Shown here piece by piece: positions 49,003 to 58,905 of a stretch of DNA of 64,000 bases. The position numbers were made by a program, and so were the translations under genes. Origin of the DNA: an uncultured Actinomycetota bacterium (GTDB lineage: Bacteria; Actinomycetota; Actinomycetes; Propionibacteriales; Nocardioidaceae); contig CAWJDH010000007.1 of NCBI GenBank assembly GCA_963841625.1, positions 104,834 to 168,833 of the forward strand, written 5' to 3'. Under the pieces are notes generated by a model. It saw only the letters and a program-made list of their open reading frames with translations. It did not search any database and was not told where the DNA came from. The first letter of the stretch is position 1. Every line of letters begins with the position of its first letter.

Positions 49003-50805
49003 CTAGCGCCCGACGGCGTAGCCCTGCGCTCCCCGGGCGTTCGCGGCGGCGCGCAGCCAGCCGCCGTCCCGGGCGACGGCCGACAGCCGACCGAGCGACC
49101 ATCCGTCGACGGTCCGGAGGTCGTGCCCGCGGCGGGCCAGCTCCTCGCGGACGCCGGCCGGGACGCGGTCCTCGACGACCACCCGTCCCGGCTCGGCCCG
49201 ACGAGGGTGGAATGACGACGGCGCGTGCTCGTGGTGGAACATCGGCGCGTCGATCGCCGCCTGCAGCCCGGTCCACGGGTCACCCGGACTTGCCCCCGCG
49301 GCGTGCGCGAGCCGGAGGAAGAACACCAGGCTCCACTGGTCCTGGCTGTCGCCGCCGGGGGTGCCGAAGGCGACCCAGGGCCGTCCGTCGCGCAGGGCAA
49401 GGGACGGCGAGAGGGTGGTGCGGGGGCGCGCTCCGGGCCGGAGCGTGGACGCGAGCCCGTCCTGGAGCCAGAACATCTGGGCCCGGGTGCCGAGGGGGAA
49501 CCCGAGCCCCGGGACAACCGGGGAGGACTGCAGCCAGCCCCCACTCGGGGTGGCGGAGACCAGGTTGCCCCAGCGGTCGGCCACGTCGACGTGACAGGTG
49601 TCGCCGGTCGCCCCGGTCCGGATCGTCGGTTCCCCCACTCCGGCACCATCGTCCCGGGTGTCCCCCGACGGCGGCTCGGGAAGCCGTGGAGGGCGCCCGT
49701 CCGGCGAGCCGGGGCGGAGCTCCAGGCTGGCTTGACGCTCGTCGACCAGCCGCCGCCTCTCGGCGGCGTACTCCGGCGAGAGCAACGAGGACAGCGGAAC
49801 GTCCACGTGGTCCGGGTCGCCGTACCACGCCTCCCGGTCGGCGAACGCGAGCTTCGACGCCTCGAGGACGAGGTGCTGCCAGTCCGGGTCGTCGTCGGCC
49901 AGCGTGCCGAGGTCGAGTCCGTCGAGGATGGCGAGCGCCTGCAGCAGGACCGGACCCTGTCCCCAGGGGCCGGTCTTGAGGACCTCGATCCCGCGGTACC
50001 TCGCACTGACCGGCTCCTCCAGCCCGGGCTCCCAGCGCGCCAGGTCCTCCCCCGCGAGGAGCCCGTGGTGCCGCCGGCCCGAGGTGTCGAGCCAGGCGGT
50101 GTCCCGGCAGAACCGGTCCATGTGGTCGGCGACGAAGCCGCGGTACCACGCGTCGCGGGCGGCCTCGATCTGGCGCTCCCGGTCCGTACCCGCGGACTCC
50201 GCCTCCTCGAGCACCCGCTCGTAGGTGGCCGCCAGCTCCGGGAGCCGCAGCGGCGACCACGTGGAGGGAATCCTGCTTCCCGGCAGGTACGTCGCCGCCG
50301 AGGTGCTCCACTCGCTCGTGAACAGGTCCGCTACGCCGGCCAGCGTGGCTGCGATGCCCGGGATGACCGGCACCCCCTGCCGGGCGTAGCCGATCGCCGG
50401 CTCGAGCACGTCCCGCAGCCGCATGGTCCCCCAGCGCTGCAGCATCAGTGTCCAGGCGCCGAACGCCCCGGGGACGACCGCCGCCAGCGGGCCGGTGCCG
50501 GGCACAGCGTCGAGCCCGAGGTCGGCGAACGCGGCGGGCGTCGCCGCCCGGGGAGCGGGCCCCTGCCCGCAGACGACGTGCGGGCGGCCGTCCCGGTCGC
50601 TCCACAGCAGGATCGGGACATCGCCACCCGGACCGTTCAGGTGGGGCTCGACGACCTGGAGGACGAATCCGGCCGCGACCGCGGCGTCGAAGGCGTTGCC
50701 GCCACGCTCGAGCACGCCCATGCCGGTCTGGGAGGCCAGCCAGTGGGTGGAGGCGACCATGCCGAAGGTCCCGGCGAGCTCGGGTCGGGTTGTCGGGAGA
50801 GGCAT
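49003..50805 (-). CDS. Gamma-glutamyltransferase family protein
   Basis: GGNAFDAAVAA, VEPHLNGPGGD, AFADRE, nucleophile GDTCHVDVAD, FGTPGGD. Confidence 0.9.
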   Translation of the reverse strand: MPLPTTRPELAGTFGMVASTHWLASQTGMGVLERGGNAFDAAVAAGFVLQVVEPHLNGPGGDVPILLWSDRDGRPHVVCGQGPAPRAATPAAFADLGLDAVPGTGPLAAVVPGAFGAWTLMLQRWGTMRLRDVLEPAIGYARQGVPVIPGIAATLAGVADLFTSEWSTSAATYLPGSRIPSTWSPLRLPELAATYERVLEEAESAGTDRERQIEAARDAWYRGFVADHMDRFCRDTAWLDTSGRRHHGLLAGEDLARWEPGLEEPVSARYRGIEVLKTGPWGQGPVLLQALAILDGLDLGTLADDDPDWQHLVLEASKLAFADREAWYGDPDHVDVPLSSLLSPEYAAERRRLVDERQASLELRPGSPDGRPPRLPEPPSGDTRDDGAGVGEPTIRTGATGDTCHVDVADRWGNLVSATPSGGWLQSSPVVPGLGFPLGTRAQMFWLQDGLASTLRPGARPRTTLSPSLALRDGRPWVAFGTPGGDSQDQWSLVFFLRLAHAAGASPGDPWTGLQAAIDAPMFHHEHAPSSFHPRRAEPGRVVVEDRVPAGVREELARRGHDLRTVDGWSLGRLSAVARDGGWLRAAANARGAQGYAVGR

Positions 50806-50848
50806 CCCCGCGGAGTCTGCCACCGTCCGCGCCGGCCGGGGCCGGGGG

Positions 50849-52120
50849 TCAGAACGACGTCAGGCTGAACGGCACGCCAGGGAGGTCCGCCATCGCCGCC
50901 CAGGTCCGCACCGCGTCGCCCGATCCACCGATCCGGCCGGCCGCCGCCAGCGTCTCCACGGCGACCCCGCCGAGGTAGAGCGCGCCGAGGGTCTCCGCGT
51001 CGAGGGTCACGGCGGGCTCGTCCGCCATTGGCTCGACCGAGGCCTCGCCCTCCTTGACCGTCACCCGGAAGCTCCCGTCGGCGTGGCCGAGCGGGTCGCT
51101 CACGCCGAGCACGACCGAGCCGTCCGCGCCCCAGGGACGCCCCTCGAGGGCGGTCACCACGTCGAGCACGCGCACCCAGATGTGGTCGTCGACCTTGGTC
51201 ACCTTGCGGCACGCCGAGTCGGTGAGCGCCCACACGAGCGGGTCGTCGGACGACGAGTTGCGCCAGTCGACCCGGGCGCACAGGTCGATGTCGGCGAGGA
51301 ACCGCCAGAGCGCGAGGTAGGCCGCAGGCTCGGCCGCCGCCAGGTCGACCACGTTCACCTTTCCGCCCGGGACGTCGTCGTACCCCTTGTGCTGGTAGAC
51401 CACGTGCCCGTCCGGCTCACCCGCCGCATCGAGGTGGACCGCCGCGCGGAGCCTGGGGTTGGGCCCCTGCTCCTCGAAGTCGAAGCTGCCGGTGAGCCAG
51501 GGTCGGTAGAAGGACGGCCTCGACACCGACCCGCGCGAGCGCTCGTGGAACGCCGCGAAGTTGCGCTGCATCACCGGCCAAAGCTCGCCCGGATCCGCGA
51601 GCTCCACCCGTCCGGGGTCGACGAAGTCACGCAGCGCGAAGCGGCTGGTGGTGTCGACCTGGATGTGGTGCCGCCACGAGGAGAGGCCGAAACCGAAACG
51701 TCCGTAGATCGTGGTCTCCGAGACCGTCAGCGCGGCCAGCGGCAGCCCGCGGTCCGCGGCGTCGGCGAGGTCGTCGGTGATGATCCGACGCAGCAGTCCC
51801 TGGCGCCGGTGCGCGGGACTGACCGTGACGTCGGTGATCATCTGCAGCGGGAGCTCGCGACGGCCGGTGTTGAGCGAGCCGACCAGGCTGGAGTACGTCG
51901 CCACCGGCACCGGGCCGGCACCGAACTCACCGTCGGGCAGCCACGCGCCGCGGACCACCGCCGCGTCCTCGCGCATGCACCCCAGCCAGACGTCCCAGGA
52001 TGCCGCCTTGGGCCGTGCGTCGTGGAACCCCCGCAGCAGCCCTTCGAGCCACCCTTTCAGCAGCCGGGTCGTCTCCGGGGAGTCGTCGCGCGGGTCGAGG
52101 GTCCTGAACGTCAGCTCCAC
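50849..52120 (-). CDS. Eis-like GNAT acetyltransferase (tandem GNAT + SCP2)
   Basis: VTVSPAHRRQGLLR, LTVSETTIYGRFGFG, WVRVLDV, LGALYLGG. Confidence 0.9.
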   Translation of the reverse strand: MELTFRTLDPRDDSPETTRLLKGWLEGLLRGFHDARPKAASWDVWLGCMREDAAVVRGAWLPDGEFGAGPVPVATYSSLVGSLNTGRRELPLQMITDVTVSPAHRRQGLLRRIITDDLADAADRGLPLAALTVSETTIYGRFGFGLSSWRHHIQVDTTSRFALRDFVDPGRVELADPGELWPVMQRNFAAFHERSRGSVSRPSFYRPWLTGSFDFEEQGPNPRLRAAVHLDAAGEPDGHVVYQHKGYDDVPGGKVNVVDLAAAEPAAYLALWRFLADIDLCARVDWRNSSSDDPLVWALTDSACRKVTKVDDHIWVRVLDVVTALEGRPWGADGSVVLGVSDPLGHADGSFRVTVKEGEASVEPMADEPAVTLDAETLGALYLGGVAVETLAAAGRIGGSGDAVRTWAAMADLPGVPFSLTSF

Positions 52121-52195
52121 GTGCGCCAACCTAACCACGGCCGGGCGGCACCGCACCCGGTTTTGCGCGCTGGCCCGGCGCCGTACTCTGGCCAC

Positions 52196-52330
52196 ATGAC
52201 GTTCCTGATCATCGTGGCACTGGTCGTCGTCGGGTTCGTGGTCTGGAAGTTCCGGGTGCAGCTGATGGCCAAGGTCCTCGGTCAGGACGAGAGCCGCGTA
52301 CGCCGGCAGCTCAACCGTCGCCGCAACTGA
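52196..52330 (+). CDS. 44-aa single-TM small protein
   Basis: MTFLIIVALVVVGFVVWKFRVQLMAKVLGQDESRVRRQLNRRRN; TACTCT 6 nt upstream; strong GC3 bias. Confidence 0.7.
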   Translation: MTFLIIVALVVVGFVVWKFRVQLMAKVLGQDESRVRRQLNRRRN

Positions 52331-52333
52331 GCT

Positions 52334-53452
52334 TCAGCTCGAGGGCTCGACCCACTCGCCGGTGTCGGCGAACTTCTCGAGGGTCGCGGTGTACGGCGCG
52401 ATGTCGATGCCCTGCTCGGCCAGCCACCGGTCGTCGTAGTAGGTGTGGGCGTAGCGCTCCCCGCCGTCGCACAGCAGGGTCACCACCGACCCGGTCTCGT
52501 GGCGCGACCGCATCCCGGCGACCAGGCGCAGGGCGCCCCAGATCTCGGTGCCGGTCGAGCCGCCGACCAGGCGGCCGGTGACCGACGAGCACCAGCGGGC
52601 GGCCGCGATCGAGGCGCCGTCGGGGACCGAGATCATGCAGTCGACCACCTTCGGCAGGAACGACGGCTCCACGCGCGGTCGGCCGATGCCCTCGATCCGC
52701 GAGCCCGACCCGGTCGCCTCCGGGTCGTCCTCGTTCCATCCGCGGAAGAAGGCCGAGTTCTCCGGGTCGACGACGCACAGGCGGGTGTCGTGCCGTCGGT
52801 AGCGGATGAACCGGCCGATCGTCGCCGACGTACCGCCCGTGCCGGCGCCGACGACCACCCAAGCGGGGATCGGGTGCCGCTCGTGGGCGAGCTGGCTGAA
52901 GATCGACTCGGCGATGTTGTTGTTGCCGCGCCAGTCGGTCGCCCGCTCGGCGTAGGTGAACTGGTCCAGGAAGTGGCCACCGGTCTCACGCGCGAGCCGC
53001 CGCGACTCGTCGTAGATCGAGGACGGGTCGTCCACCAGGTGGCAGCGACCGCCCTGGAACTCGATCAGCTCGATCTTCTCCGGCGAGGTGGATCGCGGCA
53101 TGACCGCGACGAAGGGCAGGTCGAGCAGCCGGGCGAAGTAGGCCTCCGAGACTGCCGTGGACCCCGACGACGCCTCGATGATCGTGGCGCCCTCGCTGAT
53201 CCACCCGTTGCACAGGGCGTGCAGGAACAGCGATCGCGCCAGACGGTGCTTCAGCGAGCCCGTGGGGTGGACCGACTCGTCCTTGAGGTAGAGGTCGATC
53301 CCCCACCGGGCCGGTAGCGGGAACACGTGCAGGTGGGTGTCGGCGGACCGGTTCGCGTCGGCCTCGACCCGGCGGATGGCCTCGTTGAGCCAGGCACGCG
53401 CAGCGGGGTCGGAGTGATCGCCGACCCTGCAGCAGCCGCCGTCGTCGGCCAT
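52334..53452 (-). CDS. PLP-dependent cysteine synthase-family protein (Cds1/cysteine desulfhydrase-like)
   Basis: [51 protein letters not shown]. Confidence 0.88.
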   Translation of the reverse strand: MADDGGCCRVGDHSDPAARAWLNEAIRRVEADANRSADTHLHVFPLPARWGIDLYLKDESVHPTGSLKHRLARSLFLHALCNGWISEGATIIEASSGSTAVSEAYFARLLDLPFVAVMPRSTSPEKIELIEFQGGRCHLVDDPSSIYDESRRLARETGGHFLDQFTYAERATDWRGNNNIAESIFSQLAHERHPIPAWVVVGAGTGGTSATIGRFIRYRRHDTRLCVVDPENSAFFRGWNEDDPEATGSGSRIEGIGRPRVEPSFLPKVVDCMISVPDGASIAAARWCSSVTGRLVGGSTGTEIWGALRLVAGMRSRHETGSVVTLLCDGGERYAHTYYDDRWLAEQGIDIAPYTATLEKFADTGEWVEPSS

Positions 53453-53453
53453 G

Positions 53454-53714
53454 TCAGTCCACGTCCTCCTTGGACTTCATCTGCTCGAGCCGCCCCTGCA
53501 TCCGCTCCGCGCGACGCTCCACCCGCCGGGCGAACGCCTCGCGCTGGCGGTTCAGCAGGAAGTACGACGCGAGGCCGGACATCACGAACGCGATCACGAC
53601 CGCCCACAGGACCGGCACCTGATCGGAGAGGAGCATCCAGACTCCGAAGACCACGACCAGGCTGGCCACGAACAGACCGATCCGCATCGCGGTGTAGACG
53701 ACGAATTCCTTCAC
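53454..53714 (-). CDS. DUF4229-like small membrane protein
   Basis: YTAMRIGLF, two TM helices, [13 protein letters not shown]; usual position near ccs/men genes. Confidence 0.8.
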   Translation of the reverse strand: MKEFVVYTAMRIGLFVASLVVVFGVWMLLSDQVPVLWAVVIAFVMSGLASYFLLNRQREAFARRVERRAERMQGRLEQMKSKEDVD

Positions 53715-53787
53715 GCGTCCAGCCTAGGCGACGGTTGCCAGTCGGTCCCCGACGGCGGAAGGTGGGAGGCCACACGGAGGAGAAGAC

Positions 53788-54114
53788 ATGGCGCTCTACC
53801 TGTCGAAGTTCAGCTACACCCCCGAGACCTGGTCCCGGCTCATCGGCAACCCCGAGGATCGCCGGGAGGCCGCCGCGGCCTACGTCGAGTCGGTGGGCGG
53901 CCGGCTCCACGGGTTCTGGTACGCGTTCGGCACCCACGACGGCTACACCCTGTGGGAGGCGCCGGACAACGTGTCGATGGCCGCGGTGGCGCTCGCCCTG
54001 AGCGCTGGTGGTGCGATCAGTTCACTGGAGACGACCGTTCTCCTCACGGTGGAGGACACGATCGAGGCGCTCCGGCAGGCCGGTCAGGTGAAGTACCGGC
54101 CGCCCGGCCAGTAG
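53788..54114 (+). CDS. GYD-domain protein
   Basis: FSYTPETW..PEDRREAA..GGRLHGFWYAFGTHDG..ETTVLLT..YRPPG; RBS GGAGGAG. Confidence 0.8.
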   Translation: MALYLSKFSYTPETWSRLIGNPEDRREAAAAYVESVGGRLHGFWYAFGTHDGYTLWEAPDNVSMAAVALALSAGGAISSLETTVLLTVEDTIEALRQAGQVKYRPPGQ

Positions 54115-54165
54115 CCCGCCCTTGTCGCGGTGCCGTCCTGACCAGAGGGGATCTACGCTGTACGC

Positions 54166-54372
54166 GTGTTCAAGTTCCTGCTGCTCGTCATCATCCTGGC
54201 GGCGGCGATCTACTTCACCGTGCGCGTGATCCAGCGCCGCGGGATCCTCCCGCAACGGGGCGCCGATCCACGCCCGTTCGGCCCGGACGACGACCCCGAC
54301 TTCCTCCGCGACCTCGACCGGAAGCGGCGCCGGCGCCACAAGCCCGAGGACCCGGACCCCAGCAGCTCCTGA
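54166..54372 (+). CDS. Small membrane protein with a GPDDDPDFLR motif
   Basis: One TM helix plus PFGPDDDPDFLRDL, the tail seen in actinobacterial PLD-nuclease-N-terminal-domain proteins. Confidence 0.7.
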   Translation: MFKFLLLVIILAAAIYFTVRVIQRRGILPQRGADPRPFGPDDDPDFLRDLDRKRRRRHKPEDPDPSSS

Positions 54373-54374
54373 CC

Positions 54375-55292
54375 TCAGCCTCTCGGCTCGACCTGCGCCG
54401 CGCTACTGGCATAGGAGTGCTGGCTGGTCGAGGAGAAGAAGTTGATGCCGATGAAGTTGAACCACAGGGTCGCCAGCGCGACCAGGGCGACGATCGCGGC
54501 GTTGCGGCCCTTCCACCCGGCCGTCGAGCGGGCGTGCAGGTAGGCGGCATACACCACCCAGGTGATGAATGCCCACACCTCCTTGGGGTCCCAGTTCCAG
54601 TAGCTGCTCCAGGCCTGGTGCGCCCAGATCGGGCCGGTGATCAGCACCGCGAACGTCCAGATCGGGAACCCGAAGGAGTGCAGGCGGTAGGCCACCCGGT
54701 CCAGGACCGCCGGCGCCGGAACGCGGGCGAGGTAGCCGGTCTGGCGCGGCCGGGCGCGGTCCTTCACCAGGTAGAGCGCCGAGCAGATCCCGGCCAGGGT
54801 GAACGCACCGGTGGCCAGGATCGCCGAGACCACGTGAATGACCAGCCAGGGCGAGAACAGCGCCTCGGTGAGGGGCGCCACTGGCTCGTGGAGCCAGATC
54901 ACGTCCACCATCAACAGCGACACGACCAGGGTGACCACGATCGGCGCCATCCACTCCAGCCCGAAGCGACTGCGCAGCAGCAGGTAGGCCGCGGCCACGA
55001 CGAACGTGCCACTGAGGGTGAACTCGTACATGTTGCCCCAGGGCACCCGGTTCGGGTCGGCGGCCATCCCGCGCCCGACGAGGGCCACGAGGTGGGCGAC
55101 CACGGCCATGCCGGTCAGGATCAGGCCGAGCCGGCCGAACATCGCTGTCCGGCCCGTGGTGACCACCTCGTCGGCGGGCAGCCGGCGAAGGGTCGCCCAC
55201 TCCCCCAGGTGCGAGATCAGGGCGAGGAAGTAGAGCACGCCGGCCACGGCGACGAACTGGTTGCTCAGGACCTCCCACGACTGGTCGGTCAC
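54375..55292 (-). CDS. ccsB: Cytochrome c biogenesis protein CcsB/ResC (system II)
   Basis: PWGNMYEF, WLVIHV, WWD domain GPIWAHQAWSSYWNWDPKEVW, HSYA. Confidence 0.93.
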   Translation of the reverse strand: MTDQSWEVLSNQFVAVAGVLYFLALISHLGEWATLRRLPADEVVTTGRTAMFGRLGLILTGMAVVAHLVALVGRGMAADPNRVPWGNMYEFTLSGTFVVAAAYLLLRSRFGLEWMAPIVVTLVVSLLMVDVIWLHEPVAPLTEALFSPWLVIHVVSAILATGAFTLAGICSALYLVKDRARPRQTGYLARVPAPAVLDRVAYRLHSFGFPIWTFAVLITGPIWAHQAWSSYWNWDPKEVWAFITWVVYAAYLHARSTAGWKGRNAAIVALVALATLWFNFIGINFFSSTSQHSYASSAAQVEPRG

Positions 55293-56905
55293 GACGACTC
55301 CTCCTCCCTGCGATCCGCAGGTGTCCCCCCGCCGAGCGCCCCCACGATCTCATGCAGCTCCGCGGGCAGGTCACCGCCTCCGGAACGGTCGAGACCGGCC
55401 ACCTCGACGAGGGTCAGTCCGTCTCGCTGCCGCGCCCTGACCCAGATCCGGCGCGGCCGGATGTAGAGGGAGCCCAACAGCCCGATCAGGGCGAGTACGA
55501 CGCCGGTGAGCGCGATCAGCTTCCCGGGGGTCCGGCTGATCTGGATCTTGTTCCACTGCTGGACCCCGTCGAAGCTGACCGTACCCAGGCCGTCGGGCAG
55601 CTTCGTCTTCTGGCCCGGCGCGAGGTCCACCCGGAACATCGACCCGTCCTGCTTCCGCACCAGCTCCGCCCCGGCCTTGTCGAGCTGGTAGACCGACTGC
55701 GGCTGCCCGGAGTCCATGCCCAGGTCGCCCGCATAGACCAGCATCGAGATCGCCGGGTTGGCGGCCTGCCCGAACGCCGAGAACGGGCCCGTCTTCTCGG
55801 TGAACGCGTAGGTGGGGTAGAACTCGCCCTCGAGCCCGATCTGGGTCGGCCGGGCGTCGGGCGCCTTCACCACGCCGAAGGACCGGAAGGTCTGGTCGGT
55901 CGGGAGGAAGATCGTCGGCCCGCTGTAGGCGACCTCGCCCTCGCCGTCGCGGATCGTGATCACGGGGGCGTAGCCGTGGCCGATCAGGAACACCTCGGTG
56001 TCGCCGATCGTCAGCGGGTGGTTGACCTTGAGGTCGAAGTCCTTTGTCTCTGCGGTCGGTGTCTCGCGGTACGCCAGGTGCGAGACGAAGCCCCGCGCCT
56101 GCCCCTTGCTGGGGCCCTCGGTCAGCCAGTCGACGTCGAAGTCCTTGACGTCGAACGTGAAGGGCTCCATGTCGTCGGGAGCGAACAGGCTGCCGGGCAG
56201 GAAGTCGTCGTACTGGGTGAGGTTGTTGGAGAACCCGTTTCCGACCACGAGGATCACTCCGCCGCGGTAACCGAAGAGGCTGCCCAGCGCGAAGCCGACC
56301 AGCACCACCAGGACGGAGACGTGGAAGACGAGGTTCCCGGCCTCGCGCAGGTGCCCGCGCTCCGCGGACACCGCGTCGCCGTTGCGCACGACCCGGAAGC
56401 GGCGCCTCTTCAGCTCGGACTCGGCCGCCGCCAGCACCTCGCCCGGCGTCCCCGGGGAGTCGTACGACGCGTGGTCCGGCAGCCTCGCGAGATTGCGGGG
56501 GGCAGGTGGCGGGGCCGCCCGCATCGCCCTCCAGTAGACGAACGTCCGCGGGATGAAGCAGCCGACGAGGGAGACCATCAGCAGGATGTAGATCGCGGAG
56601 AACCACGGGGAGTCGTAGACCGAGAACAGCCCGAGCTTCTCGTAGACCGGCGTCAGGTCGGGGTGTGCCTCCTGCCAGCGCGATGTCTTCAGGGAGTCGA
56701 CGCCGCTCTGCGGGATCACCGATCCCGGGATCGCGGCGAGGGCGAGCAGCAGGAGCAGGATCAGCGCGGTCCGCATCGACGTGAGCTGGCGCCAGGCCCA
56801 GCGGAGCATCTCGGTGAGGGTCAGCTCACCGGATCTGCGGTCGTGCGCTTTGTCGGGGTCCCCGGCGAATTGGGAGCTCCGCGAGCGATTCGTTGGGGTG
56901 AGCAT
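55289..56905 (-). CDS. resB: Cytochrome c biogenesis protein ResB
   Basis: WRQLTSMRTAL, AIPGSVIPQ, REAGNLVFH, VNHPL, GHGYAP. Confidence 0.92.
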   Translation of the reverse strand: MLTPTNRSRSSQFAGDPDKAHDRRSGELTLTEMLRWAWRQLTSMRTALILLLLLALAAIPGSVIPQSGVDSLKTSRWQEAHPDLTPVYEKLGLFSVYDSPWFSAIYILLMVSLVGCFIPRTFVYWRAMRAAPPPAPRNLARLPDHASYDSPGTPGEVLAAAESELKRRRFRVVRNGDAVSAERGHLREAGNLVFHVSVLVVLVGFALGSLFGYRGGVILVVGNGFSNNLTQYDDFLPGSLFAPDDMEPFTFDVKDFDVDWLTEGPSKGQARGFVSHLAYRETPTAETKDFDLKVNHPLTIGDTEVFLIGHGYAPVITIRDGEGEVAYSGPTIFLPTDQTFRSFGVVKAPDARPTQIGLEGEFYPTYAFTEKTGPFSAFGQAANPAISMLVYAGDLGMDSGQPQSVYQLDKAGAELVRKQDGSMFRVDLAPGQKTKLPDGLGTVSFDGVQQWNKIQISRTPGKLIALTGVVLALIGLLGSLYIRPRRIWVRARQRDGLTLVEVAGLDRSGGGDLPAELHEIVGALGGGTPADRREEESS

Positions 56906-57655
56906 CTATACCACCGTCTCCGTGGAGGAGACGAGGTTGATCTGCAGCCACGTGACGGCCTCGGCCCACCAGCCGGTGACCAACAGCACCCCGACGGCGA
57001 CCAGCATCAGCCCGCCGGCCCGCATCACCCACACCTGGTGGCGGCGTACCCACCCGAACGCGCCCAGCGCGCGCTGGTAGGCCACCCCGGCGGCGATGAA
57101 GGGCAGCCCGAGTCCGAGTGCGTAGACCCCGGAGAGCACCGCCCCGCGGGCTGCGGTGGCCTCGTTGATGGAGAGGGTGGTGATCGCGGCGAGTGTGGGA
57201 CCGATGCAGGGCGTCCAGCCCACCCCGAACAGGAAGCCGAGCACCGGCGCCGCGGCCAGCCCGACGGCGGGGACGCTGTGGACCCGCCAGTCGCGCTGGA
57301 GCAACGGGATCACCCCGGCAAAGGCCAGCCCGAGCAGGATGGTGAACAGGCCGAGGACGATCGTGATCTCGCGTCGCCAGGTGACCAGCCAGGCACCCAG
57401 CGCACCCGACAGCGTGCCCAGGGCCACGAAGACGACGGCGAAGCCCAGCACGAACAGGACGGCGCCCGCCATCATCCGCCCGCGGCGGGCGTTCTCGAGG
57501 TCGGCGCCCGACAGCCCCGTGGCATAGGAGAGGTAGCCCGGCAGCAGCGGGATCACGCACGGGGAGAAGAAGGAGACCAGTCCCGCCACCAGTGCGACCG
57601 GGATGGCGAGGAGGAGCGAGCCCGAGGCCGCGGTGTCGTGGAACCACTCACCCAT
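56906..57655 (-). CDS. ccdA: Cytochrome c biogenesis protein CcdA
   Basis: AGLVSFFSPCVIPLLPGY, GWTPCIGPTL, YALGLGLPF; in frame with the upstream thioredoxin as assembled. Confidence 0.92.
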   Translation of the reverse strand: MGEWFHDTAASGSLLLAIPVALVAGLVSFFSPCVIPLLPGYLSYATGLSGADLENARRGRMMAGAVLFVLGFAVVFVALGTLSGALGAWLVTWRREITIVLGLFTILLGLAFAGVIPLLQRDWRVHSVPAVGLAAAPVLGFLFGVGWTPCIGPTLAAITTLSINEATAARGAVLSGVYALGLGLPFIAAGVAYQRALGAFGWVRRHQVWVMRAGGLMLVAVGVLLVTGWWAEAVTWLQINLVSSTETVV

Positions 57656-58234
57656 CGCGCTGCCCATTGCGTGTTCCGCCACCACGTCCTCGACGACCTC
57701 GACCAGTGTCGTCCTCGACGGCAGCTCGCCGATGATGCTGGCCGCCACCCGCCCGTCGGCGTCGAGCACCACGAAGCTGGGGATCGAGTTGGGGGTCAGG
57801 GTCCCCGAGAAGGCCAGCATCGCCTCCCCGTCGGGGGAGAAGTACGACGGGTAGGGAACGTCGAAGGTACGCACGAAGCTGCGCGCCTGTGCCGGAGAGG
57901 GGTCGCGGATGTTGATCCCGACGAACTGCGCCCGGTCGCCGACCTCCTTGGCCGCCGCGACGACGTCGGGGGCCTCGGCCCGGCACGGCGCGCACCACGA
58001 CCCCCACACGACGGCCACCACCGGCTTGCCGCGGAAGTCGGCCGCCGAGAGTGGGTTGCCCTCGAGGTCCTGGCCGGTCAGGGAGACCGGCTCGTCGCGC
58101 GAATCCGGCTCGACCTGGACGACTTCGCCCGACCCACTGACGAACCCCTTGTCCCCGGTTCCCTGCAGGCTCGAGCAGCCCACGAGCAGCACAGCACACA
58201 GCAGGAGGGGAAAGAGACGGGCGGGAGTGCTCAG
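57648..58234 (-). CDS. ResA/TlpA-like thiol-disulfide oxidoreductase lipoprotein
   Basis: WGSWCAPCRAE, lipobox LVGC; the signal peptide extends to a CTG at 58234; 3' end ambiguous (see findings). Confidence 0.88.
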
Positions 58235-58905
58235 GGCCTGCGCTCCTCGGGGGCTCCGCCGGCCGAGAACGGCGCGCCCTTGTCACGGGTGGGGATCAGG
58301 TCGGCCGCGGGCTCGGAGTAGGACACCTTGGTGAGGGTCTCGTCGCGGAAGTGCAGGGAGGTCAGCGAGCAGAGGGTGCACTGGCGGTTCCGGGGGTTGT
58401 GCAGGAAAGACCGGCGCTCGAGGTGCAGCCGGGTGATCCAGATCGGCAGCTGGTGGGAGACGATCACCGCCTCGTGGCCGCGGGCTGCGTCCTGCGCGTC
58501 CTCGACGGCGGACATCATCCGGACGACGAGCTCCTTGTAGGGCTCGCCCCACGAGGGCCGGAACGGGTTCCAGAGGTGGCGCCACGCGGAAGGCTGGCGC
58601 AGCGGCCGGACGGTCTTGCCGAACCGCTGGCCCTCGAAGACATTGGTGGACTCGATCACCCGGTCGTCGGTGACGATGTCCAGGCCGCGGGCATCGGCCA
58701 GTGGTTGAGCGGTCTCCTGCGCCCGCTCCAGCGGGGAGGCGACCAGATGGGTGATGTCACGGTCCTTGATGGTTCCGGCGACCTGCTCGGCCATCTGTCG
58801 GCCGAGGTCGGAGAGGTGGTAGCCATCGCTGCGGCCGTAGAGGACACCGGCCGGGTTGTGGACCTCCCCGTGGCGCAGCAGGTGCACGATCGTCTCAACG
58901 CTCAT
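58231..58905 (-). CDS. Histidine phosphatase family protein
   Basis: [23 protein letters not shown]; conserved position between hemL and resA. Confidence 0.9.
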   Translation of the reverse strand: MSVETIVHLLRHGEVHNPAGVLYGRSDGYHLSDLGRQMAEQVAGTIKDRDITHLVASPLERAQETAQPLADARGLDIVTDDRVIESTNVFEGQRFGKTVRPLRQPSAWRHLWNPFRPSWGEPYKELVVRMMSAVEDAQDAARGHEAVIVSHQLPIWITRLHLERRSFLHNPRNRQCTLCSLTSLHFRDETLTKVSYSEPAADLIPTRDKGAPFSAGGAPEERRP

